DNA from: Anaerohalosphaeraceae bacterium
Lineage (GTDB): Bacteria; Planctomycetota; Phycisphaerae; Sedimentisphaerales; Anaerohalosphaeraceae
Assembly: GCA_963675525.2 (NCBI GenBank)
Contig: CAXXSL010000001.1
Coordinates: forward strand, 32,001 to 96,000
Reading direction: 5' to 3'
Length of the DNA: 64,000 nucleotides
How positions within the stretch are numbered: position 1 is the first letter of the stretch; every line of letters begins with the position of its first letter. The translations under genes and the position numbers were made by a program. Shown here piece by piece: positions 38,113 to 46,312 of this stretch. The notes beneath the pieces were generated by a model, which had not been told where the DNA came from, searched no databases, and saw only the letters and a program-made list of their open reading frames with translations.

Positions 38113-39338
38113 TGAGTAATCCTTTGTTGAATGAAGCTCTGGAATGCCACGGGCGCAAGTGGTGTATTATCTCTGTGCCTTATGGCAAAAAGAAGCCGGT
38201 TATTAAATGGGGCATTTATCAAAAGACCCGCCCGGATGAAAATACTATCCGGCAATGGTTTTCAGGCGATAAGGCGAATATAGCGGTCTTATTGGGTGAA
38301 ATCAGCGGCGGTCTTACCTGTCTTGATTTTGACGATATGCAGGGCTATGAACAGTGGAAACAAGCCAATCCTTCACTTGCCGCTAAATTGCCGACTGTTA
38401 AAACATCTCGTGGTATGCATGTTTATTTTCAGTCAACACTAACAAAAACCCAAAAGATGGAAAAACTTGATATAAAAGCGTCTGGATATTGTATGCTGCC
38501 CCCATCGCTTCACCCTGACGGAAAAACCATTTACAGGTGGTTGATTCAGCCAAACGGGGATATACCTGAACTGACTTTATCTGAATTAGGTATAGACCAT
38601 TTAACAGAAGAAACAGACGCTATTGCTTCACTTTCTTCACTGTCATCACATTCCTCACTGTCTTCACATTCTTCACCTTCTTCTGTAAAGTCAATCAATA
38701 AAGAAATAGTTATCTTTGAAAAACTGGATGATAAGATTCAACATTATGTAAATATGGCCGTAAAATGTACTTTGCCGAGCAAAACAGGTTATCGCAATTT
38801 CTTGATTTTTCAGTTTTGCCGATGGTTAAAAGGACATTCTGAATTTGAAAAGCTCACTGCCGGACAACTAAAGCCACTGGTTAGACTCTGGCATGGACGG
38901 GCATTGCCTTTTATCGGTACTCAGGAATTTGACGTAACATGGGCCGATTTTGCTTATGGATGGAAACGAGTCAAATATCCGAAGGGAAACGGAGCATTGA
39001 AAACAGCGGTAGAAACAGCATTGAACGCAGAAAATCTTATCCCTGCCGAGGAAATATATGAAAAGCCCGAAATGAGATTATTGGTAAGGATTTGCTTTGA
39101 ACTCCAGAAATTACAGGAAAAAGAGCCGTTTTGGTTGTCTTGGAATGATGCGGCTTTGATATTGGGGGTATCTACACCAACGGCGGGGAAATGGCTCTGT
39201 ATGCTTGAGGCTGATAGTGTAGTTCAAAAGGTTGAAGGGCACACCCATATAAAAGCGGCAAGATATATATATTTATTGGAGATTGAAAATTTTATTGAAA
39301 AAGAACTTGACAGAAATACGGAATACCGTACAATATGA
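38112..39338 (+). CDS. Prim-pol (bifunctional primase/polymerase) domain replication protein with a C-terminal HTH
   Basis: KKPVIKW, NIAV..G..SG.L.CLDFD, VKTSRGMHVYF and LPPSLHP motifs. Confidence 0.88.
   Translation: MSNPLLNEALECHGRKWCIISVPYGKKKPVIKWGIYQKTRPDENTIRQWFSGDKANIAVLLGEISGGLTCLDFDDMQGYEQWKQANPSLAAKLPTVKTSRGMHVYFQSTLTKTQKMEKLDIKASGYCMLPPSLHPDGKTIYRWLIQPNGDIPELTLSELGIDHLTEETDAIASLSSLSSHSSLSSHSSPSSVKSINKEIVIFEKLDDKIQHYVNMAVKCTLPSKTGYRNFLIFQFCRWLKGHSEFEKLTAGQLKPLVRLWHGRALPFIGTQEFDVTWADFAYGWKRVKYPKGNGALKTAVETALNAENLIPAEEIYEKPEMRLLVRICFELQKLQEKEPFWLSWNDAALILGVSTPTAGKWLCMLEADSVVQKVEGHTHIKAARYIYLLEIENFIEKELDRNTEYRTI
39307..39334 (+). promoter_or_regulatory. Promoter/operator of the xre-orf-integrase operon
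   Basis: TTGACA-N16-TACAAT with palindrome tacgg-aata-ccgta (39317-39330). Confidence 0.7.
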
Positions 39339-39342
39339 GTAT

Positions 39343-39558
39343 ATGACAATGATTAGAAAAGCAATTCTGAAACGCATGGGTGAACTGAAAATGAACCCTA
39401 ACCAGTTATCCGAAATACTCAAGGGCAGTATCCCCCGTATGACAATCTATGATTTCTTATCTGGTAAAAGTGATGCACGTTCGGAAGTTGTGGGGGAAAT
39501 AATGAAAGCCCTTGGGCTTGAAATTGTGTCCAAAAGTGCTAAAAGAAAAGGCAGGTGA
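39343..39558 (+). CDS. XRE/Cro-like HTH regulator
   Basis: MNPNQLSE...IPRMTIYDFLSGKSD...IMKALGLEI. Confidence 0.82.
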   Translation: MTMIRKAILKRMGELKMNPNQLSEILKGSIPRMTIYDFLSGKSDARSEVVGEIMKALGLEIVSKSAKRKGR

Positions 39559-39561
39559 AGC

Positions 39562-39900
39562 ATGACGAACAGAGAAATTGAGAACAAAAAAAATGAGTTG
39601 ATTAGAATTGTTAATATGTCAAGCGGGACGGAAAATCAACGCATGAAGGAACTACGTAAGTTGGCATTAGATGTAGGAGCAAGTCATAAAACTGTAGATG
39701 GCAACCGGAATGCTAATGAAGCAGAATTGGTTGTCGGTATTCAAACCGCATTGCAAACAGCGTTGATGCTTAATTCCTGTAAGAGTTCAACAATGGCTTG
39801 GATTATAGCAATAATTTCTGTGGGCATAGCTCTAATCTCTACATTAGTTTCAGGACTTAGTGCGGTTGCAGCTTGGGTTGCGGTTTTTGTGAATGAATGA
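39562..39900 (+). CDS. Hypothetical protein with a C-terminal membrane anchor
   Basis: RBS AGGTG; hydrophobic C-terminus. Confidence 0.7.
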   Translation: MTNREIENKKNELIRIVNMSSGTENQRMKELRKLALDVGASHKTVDGNRNANEAELVVGIQTALQTALMLNSCKSSTMAWIIAIISVGIALISTLVSGLSAVAAWVAVFVNE

Positions 39901-39923
39901 TAAAACGAAAAGGCAGGTGAAAA

Positions 39924-41277
39924 ATGAGAGTTTACAAACCTACATACAAGGACAGGAACGGTCAAAAGCAAAAAAACCGCTGCTTGGTATGTCGATATTT
40001 TCGACCATAACCGACTTCGGCATAAAATACCGGCTTTTGCCGATAAGCGGTTGTCCGAAGCATTAGGGCGGAATATTGAAAGCCTTATCAACTGCCGGAT
40101 TGCAGGGCTTGAACCCGATGTTAAACTTAACCAGTGGATAGAAACCCTGCCTGACAGTTTGCTAAAGAAATTCGTGTCTTGGGGGCTGATTGACGGACAG
40201 CGGGCAGAGATTACAAAGCCACTGAAAGAGCATATAGACGATTATATCAAAATTCTCAAAGCCAAAGGATATTCCAAGGACTATATCACTCGGTCTAAAA
40301 ATCGTCTTAAAAAAATCACGTCTGATTGCAGATTCACTTATTTCAGGGATATTACACAATCAGCGGTTGAAATTTATTCAGGTAAACTCAAAAAGGATGG
40401 TTATGGCGATACCAGCAGGGCGCATTATCTTGATGCTCTGAAAACTTTCCTGAATTGGGCAGAAACAGACCAACGGATTATTCGCAACCCTATTTCAAAG
40501 ATGGGGAAACCGGCAAGGGATTCAGAGAAAAAGGGGATTTTGACACCGGAGCAATTTATTCGGCTGATTCAGACGACAATCAAAAAGAATATCATCATTC
40601 AGACAACAACCGGCGTAGATCGTGGGATTTTATATTTTCTGGCAGGGGTTACGGGGCTAAGAAGAAGGGAATTATTGCTCTTGACGTGGGACGATCTGCA
40701 CCTTGCCGGAGAAAGCCCCTTTGTACTTGCAAGGGCGGATACTACTAAAAATGCACAGGAAGCCCACCAGCCGATACCTGCAACGCTGGCAAGGCTTCTG
40801 GAAGCCCTACAAGGCCATAGGAAGCCCGAAGGAACGGGCAGGCTATTCGAGGGCTTTGCTATGTCGATCAATACGGCTATGCTAATCAGAGAGGATTTGG
40901 CGGTTGCTAAGATAAAGCCCAAGGACAAGGACGGGAACGAGGTATGTTTTCATTCGCTACGAAATTCCTATATCAGTTATTTGGCCAACGGTGGCGCACC
41001 GGCCAAGATCGTTCAAAAACTGGCCAGACATTCAGACCCCCGCTTGACTTTCAACACTTATGCCAGAGTCTTTGAGGAAACCGAACAGGAAGCCATTGCA
41101 TTACTGCCGAATGTCGGAAATTTTGTCTTGTCCAACTGCTTGGACAAAAACTGGATAAGGCAGGAGATTTGCATAGACAACCAGAGACACAAAAGCAGCC
41201 AAGACACGATAGAAACCGCATTCTTGGCTGACAGGAAACTACCCCCAAGGGGACTCGAACCCCTGTTACCGGGATGA
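39924..41277 (+). CDS. Tyrosine recombinase/integrase, with a +1 frameshift in an A7 run at 39970-39976
   Basis: TGLRRRE, HSLR, LARH and TFNTY catalytic motifs. N-terminus MRVYKPTYKD.../TAAWYVDIFDH is split across two frames. ORF ends inside the tRNA. Confidence 0.92.
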
Positions 41278-41312
41278 GAACCCGGCGTCCTAGGCCGCTA
41301 GACGATGGGGGC
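41240..41312 (-). tRNA. tRNA-Glu(CTC)
   Basis: GCCCCCATCGTCTAGCGGCCTAGGACGCCGGGTTCTCATCCCGGTAACAGGGGTTCGAGTCCCCTTGGGGGTA. Confidence 0.96.
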
Positions 41313-41390
41313 CTTTGGAATTTTCAATTGATCATTGTCAATTGTAGAATAAAACCAAAAACAAGCTCATCGAGAGCTTGTTTTCGGCAA

Positions 41391-41464
41391 TAGCGGCGGG
41401 TGGATTCGAACCACCGACCCTGGGCTTATGAATCCCATGCTCTAACCAACTGAGCTACGCCGCC
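41391..41464 (-). tRNA. tRNA-Met(CAT), probably elongator
   Basis: GGCGGCGTAGCTCAGTTGGTTAGAGCATGGGATTCATAAGCCCAGGGTCGGTGGTTCGAATCCACCCGCCGCTA. Confidence 0.93.
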
Positions 41465-41609
41465 CTGAAAGCTTATGGCTTACGTAAAGCCGGGTATTTT
41501 ATCCAAAAATCCAATCATAACAAGTAAAATCTTGAATTTCAATGTGATTTTCAGTTGTTTTGAACACAAGCGAGTTGGAAAAATCCACAATTAACAGCTG
41601 CGAAGGTTT

Positions 41610-44282
41610 TTAAGGGCCCAGTTTGATCAAAATGGTATTTTCGGTATTGGGTTTGGTTAAAAAGGGTGTCGCTTGGACTTGTATGACTTTTTCTTGGGTT
41701 TCCGACCCCGGCAGGGCCGCGAACAGGGAGTATTCACCGGGGGGAACAGCCAAAAATGCGCCTCGGCCGGTGGATTCGGTCGTGATAACCTCCGCGTCTC
41801 CGGTCACCCAGACTCGTGCCCCCTCGACGAGCAGATTTTGCGCATCGGTGACGACAACATACAGCGGACTGTAGTCGGCAACCAGTTGCAGGGGGGCAAT
41901 ATCAAGTACCTGTTCGGGTTCGTTCAGCAGGTCGATCTCCATCAGGTCCAGTTTCAGATTATTGACAAGGATTGCCAGTGAATACACGTCAGGGGGAACA
42001 GATGTGAGAGAATAGAAGCCGTCCGCATCCGGCAGCAGATCAAACCGAATCCGCTGGTCGGTATTGTACAGGAAGAATGCCAGCGGGCTTTTCCCTGAGA
42101 ACTGTCCGCTCAGATCGGAAGAACCCTCCGGTACCGTGACAGCGAGTTGACGGTCCTGGTTTATCTCGACCTGCTGCTGCAGACGCATTCCATTTTCAAA
42201 GCGCATTATCAAGGTATAGCTGCCCAAAGGCACATTTCCCGTATAGGTTCCGTCTTCCTGCGGCTGCAGTGCGAACTGCTGCAATTCACCTGAAACGTCG
42301 ATCCCATAAGTCAGCATGGCCCGTGTGACGGCCGGAGCGTTTTCAGGTTGTTCGAGTTGGATCGTTATTGCCGCCTGACTGACATCAACCTGCCAGTCGG
42401 GGATATCCTCGCCGGCGACCTCAAGGCTGCTGATCCATACGATACGGTTCGATTCGGTGTTATTCAGCAGGTAATAAGTTCCCGCCGGGATCCCGACGAA
42501 TGTAAAATGGCCATCGGCAGACGTGATGGTTTCGGAGCGAAACGATGCCTCAGACGGATCCAGGGTGTCGCTGAGGTAAAGGATCTGATTCGAAGACGGC
42601 AGCGGCGTCAGGTTCAGCGTCCCGAAGATCGTCCGGGGGCCGCCGAAATTTACCTGAACGGGTTTTTCTTTTTTATACCAAAGCGAACGGGTTATCGACA
42701 TACTATTATCGCCTGCGGACTGGCAGATCAGAAAAACCGGTCCGTCAGGTATTTTGACAAACTGGTAGTTGCCTTGCTGATCCGTTTGGGCTTCCTGGAG
42801 AATGCGCATGTCAGCGACTTCGGCGTACAGCGGATTTCCGGCCAGTGTGACGCGTGCGTTCGGTATCGGTTGTCCCTCGAAGTCTGTAACGGTTCCGGCG
42901 ATAGCCGGCGGGGCGGCAGGAAGCGTTGGTTGTTCGACCGACTCGATGGCGGTTGTGTCTGGTTGTTCATTGGGCTCCGTTTGCTCGACTACTTCGACGA
43001 CAGTGTTTGTCAGCTGCCGGTTCTGAATTTGGATGATCGCCTCGGCAAAGGGGTTGTCATCCGGACCGTTGGGATACCACTTCGCTTCCGATTCTTCCAA
43101 AAGCCCGATGGCGGATTCATCTCCGAGGTTTCCGATGAAGTGTGCCGCGGCAAGTTGACTGGTAAACTGTCCGTCTTTAAGAATTTGAAGCAATCCCGCC
43201 AGGTCACCGACCTGTCCCATTTCGAAAACACGTCTAAGTCTGAGCTGATCCTGATCGATCTGCTCGGTGTCATCTTCAGGGGCGTTTGGTGAAGCTTTAG
43301 CCGTATCCGGCATCGCTGTATTATCCTGATCCTGTTTGGGACTATCCGGAGTTTGTGCCTGTTCAGGTTCATCCAGCAGAATCGGGTACAGGAATCCGAT
43401 GCATCCTAAAACCAACAGAACAGCCGCGGCGATGATCAAAATCCGCCGACGAGAATGATTTCCTGAAGCAGCATTTCTGGTTTGTGCTACATTCAGGACG
43501 GCCCGCGTCAGAGCTTTGTTGATAATCGCCAGATGATTATCGCTGATCGGCCGGTACATGGCGGTTGAACTGAGAAGTTTTTCGAGATTACTGTCCAATC
43601 GTTCGAGTGTCCCGGTTGCAGAGGCTTCATTGAACCCGAGGTTTTCCGACTGGACCAACTGGATCAAAGCCCTGCGAAAAAAGTGCCGACAGCGATAAAG
43701 CCGGTCATCGACCTGTTCGATGCTTAAGCCGACTTCTTCGGTAATATGCTCAGGGGTATCCAGATGATTATAACGATGCATCATCAATGCACGGTCGGTT
43801 TCTTCCATTTCCGCCAGCGTCGCCTGTACCATCTCCTGGACAGCCGGATTACTGACCGCCTCATCGGACAGCACTTCATTCCGCAATGTTGACAGTCCTG
43901 ACAGAACATCGGCAGGGAGTTGTGACCAGGCCCAGGGCCGTTGGCGTTTGGTCTGCCACTGCTGCAGGCCTTCATCAAGTGCCTGTTTGGCACAGGCTCG
44001 GAGCCATTGGAACATGGTTTGCTGCGCCGGCTGGAATTGCTCGATCTGCTCTAAGGCACGCGTAAAGGTACGGATAGTCAGGTCGACCGTGGTATCGCTG
44101 TCGGAGGCGACCTGAAAATACAGCCAGGTGTAAATAACATTGACATACTGCTCCAGCCATGTCTGAATAGCCTGCGGTTCAGCGGCAGTCAGCAGGGCGA
44201 TCCGTTTTTTTGTCCAATATCCTTCCATGCCTTCGTTCATTCCCAATAGGGTCTGTTTGTTCTTAGACACTGCATGCGGCAC
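41610..44282 (-). CDS. ECF-type sigma factor fused to a TM helix, HEAT-like and carboxypeptidase-regulatory-like domains
   Basis: sigma2 (YVNVIY...FQWL) and sigma4 (ITEEVGLSIEQVDDRLYRCR) regions; TM RRILIIAAAVLLV; IAGTVTDFEGQPIPNARV...TDQQGNYQF. Confidence 0.78.
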   Translation of the reverse strand: MPHAVSKNKQTLLGMNEGMEGYWTKKRIALLTAAEPQAIQTWLEQYVNVIYTWLYFQVASDSDTTVDLTIRTFTRALEQIEQFQPAQQTMFQWLRACAKQALDEGLQQWQTKRQRPWAWSQLPADVLSGLSTLRNEVLSDEAVSNPAVQEMVQATLAEMEETDRALMMHRYNHLDTPEHITEEVGLSIEQVDDRLYRCRHFFRRALIQLVQSENLGFNEASATGTLERLDSNLEKLLSSTAMYRPISDNHLAIINKALTRAVLNVAQTRNAASGNHSRRRILIIAAAVLLVLGCIGFLYPILLDEPEQAQTPDSPKQDQDNTAMPDTAKASPNAPEDDTEQIDQDQLRLRRVFEMGQVGDLAGLLQILKDGQFTSQLAAAHFIGNLGDESAIGLLEESEAKWYPNGPDDNPFAEAIIQIQNRQLTNTVVEVVEQTEPNEQPDTTAIESVEQPTLPAAPPAIAGTVTDFEGQPIPNARVTLAGNPLYAEVADMRILQEAQTDQQGNYQFVKIPDGPVFLICQSAGDNSMSITRSLWYKKEKPVQVNFGGPRTIFGTLNLTPLPSSNQILYLSDTLDPSEASFRSETITSADGHFTFVGIPAGTYYLLNNTESNRIVWISSLEVAGEDIPDWQVDVSQAAITIQLEQPENAPAVTRAMLTYGIDVSGELQQFALQPQEDGTYTGNVPLGSYTLIMRFENGMRLQQQVEINQDRQLAVTVPEGSSDLSGQFSGKSPLAFFLYNTDQRIRFDLLPDADGFYSLTSVPPDVYSLAILVNNLKLDLMEIDLLNEPEQVLDIAPLQLVADYSPLYVVVTDAQNLLVEGARVWVTGDAEVITTESTGRGAFLAVPPGEYSLFAALPGSETQEKVIQVQATPFLTKPNTENTILIKLGP

Positions 44283-44369
44283 ACAAGTTCCGCAAAATAC
44301 TATTATATCGGATATTTACCTGTTGAACAGTTAATTTCTTGATGGGAATATCGGTCCGAGAAAGCAATT

Positions 44370-45212
44370 TCAATGGTTGCTTTTCCATTCAAGCGGGTCG
44401 AGTTTGTAATAGCGTTTCAATTCCTCATAAAGTTCCGGGCTGTGGTTGTGCATCTGTTTGGATTTTTCAAAGAAGGCTTCGGTGGCGACCGCAAAAAACT
44501 CCGCCGGATTGGTTGCACCATATTTGTTCAGCACGGACCGGCGCCGTCCCTGCTCTTTTTGGCATAGCCGTTCATATTCCCGGCCCAGCACCGCCGCCCA
44601 GCTTCGGTAGCAGGAGCGGCTGTCAAGGATCGGGGCCCCGTCGGCTTCGCCATCTTCCTGATCGAGCTGGTGGGCGAACTCATGAAGCACGACATTCTGT
44701 CCATCCTGTACATTGCGGGCGCCGCCGGTAACGCTGTCCCAGGTCAGCACAACCGGCCCGTTCTGCCAGGACTCGCCGAGACGGACGCTTTTGCCTTCGA
44801 CAATAAGGCCGCCGTCATTTTGAAGTCCCTTGGCGACATAAGTGTGCGGATAAACATAGATGGTTTTCAGTTTAGGATAAAATCTGCTTTTTCGATTCAA
44901 TAGTAACATACACGCCTGTGCGGCGATGGTGACTTTGATCTCATCGGTAATTTCCAATCCGCCACAACCGACAAACTTCTTCTCAACCAGAAATACATTT
45001 ACAAGCCCGTGCAATTGCTGTTTCAGGTCTTCGGGCAGACGATGATACAGGGGTAAATATTTGGTCAGCGGGGCGATATGTTCCTTGCCCAATCCGGCGG
45101 CCATTAACGCGGCGCGTCGCCGATTACGCTGTTGCTTCTTGAGAAATAAAAAAAGTAACAGACCTGTCAATATGCTGCCCAGAGCGGCCAGGGTGATCCA
45201 GACGGTCGGCAT
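44370..45212 (-). CDS. M90 family zinc peptidase (MtfA-like)
   Basis: IAAQAC, NVVLHEFAHQLD and YGATNPAEFFAVATEAFFE motifs. Confidence 0.9.
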   Translation of the reverse strand: MPTVWITLAALGSILTGLLLFLFLKKQQRNRRRAALMAAGLGKEHIAPLTKYLPLYHRLPEDLKQQLHGLVNVFLVEKKFVGCGGLEITDEIKVTIAAQACMLLLNRKSRFYPKLKTIYVYPHTYVAKGLQNDGGLIVEGKSVRLGESWQNGPVVLTWDSVTGGARNVQDGQNVVLHEFAHQLDQEDGEADGAPILDSRSCYRSWAAVLGREYERLCQKEQGRRRSVLNKYGATNPAEFFAVATEAFFEKSKQMHNHSPELYEELKRYYKLDPLEWKSNH

Positions 45213-45214
45213 GA

Positions 45215-46045
45215 TTAATCGCTCTCCATGTGCTGTAGATTGTGTCCGCATTTTTTGCAGAATATTGCGTCGGCGTCGTGTTGTGTGTGGCCGCAGGCGG
45301 GGCACGGGGGTTTCTGTTTGGGGGGCGTCTGTACGATTTGCGCGGTGACGATGCCGGTTGGTACGGCGATAATGGCATAGCCCAGTAACATGACCATGGC
45401 GGCGAGTATTTTGCCCAGCGGGGTTTGCGGTGAAATATCACCATAGCCAACCGTCGTCAGTGTAACGATCGCCCAGTAGATGCTCTGCGGGATACTGGTA
45501 AAGCCTTTGTTGGTTGGGCTTTGACTTTCAATCGAATACATCAAGGCGCCGATAATGACTACCAGCGTTAGCACAAAACACAGGAAGACGAGAATTTTTT
45601 CCCGGCTGGCATATAATGCGTTTTTGAGTAAATTGGCCTGTTTCATGTGATTGCCGAGTTTCAACACTCGAAACACTCGCAGTACCCGAAGAATGCGGAA
45701 TACCGTCAGGAATCGAACTGCACTCAAATACGTCGGCAAAATTGCCAGCAGGTCAATAATACCGAAAAAACTGGTTGTGTACCGTTTTTTGGACGGCACG
45801 CAAATCAGCCGCAAAAGGTATTCGACGGTGAACAGCGCGGTGAAAAACCACTCAAGCCCGTAAAGTAATTGATGATGTTCGGCACGGATATTTTCGATGC
45901 TGTCGAGCATGACGACACCGATGCTGAGCAGAATGCAGACGATGAGAACGACATCAAAGACCTTGCCGGCGGGGGTATCGGCCTCAAAGATGACCTGATA
46001 TAAAAGAGTCTTCCAATTATCGGTATTTTTGGGCTGTTTACTCAT
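45215..46045 (-). CDS. Voltage-gated potassium channel / ion transporter with a C-terminal zinc ribbon
   Basis: S4 RILRVLRVFRVLK; TTVGYGD filter; CxxC...CxxC. Confidence 0.92.
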   Translation of the reverse strand: MSKQPKNTDNWKTLLYQVIFEADTPAGKVFDVVLIVCILLSIGVVMLDSIENIRAEHHQLLYGLEWFFTALFTVEYLLRLICVPSKKRYTTSFFGIIDLLAILPTYLSAVRFLTVFRILRVLRVFRVLKLGNHMKQANLLKNALYASREKILVFLCFVLTLVVIIGALMYSIESQSPTNKGFTSIPQSIYWAIVTLTTVGYGDISPQTPLGKILAAMVMLLGYAIIAVPTGIVTAQIVQTPPKQKPPCPACGHTQHDADAIFCKKCGHNLQHMESD

Positions 46046-46312
46046 AATTACGGTATCTTAAAGAGAAGTCGGAAAATGTGCAATAACGATCTGTTTTAAT
46101 TCGTTATTGGGAATATAATTGGAATAATATTCCTGAATTTCGAGACAGGATGTAACTTTTTTTTTCCGATTGCTACTATACTATTGTGTCTGTTCCTTGG
46201 GGGGCGGTCTGTATTTACGTTGTCAAATCGATGAGGACAACCGTTGATAAGGCGTTAATACTGTGATATAACTATCAAAATTGTAAGAAGATACGGTTTT
46301 TGAGAGGGATTC

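Larger units (their letters stand above)
33216..41264. mobile_element. ~8.0 kb satellite/PICI-like integrative element at tRNA-Glu
   Basis: 22-bp direct repeat ccccaaggggactcgaacccct at 33216-33237 and 41243-41264 (tRNA 3' part). Contains a tyrosine integrase, AlpA-like HTHs, a prim-pol, an XRE regulator and a TerS-like HTH; AT-rich. Confidence 0.93.
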
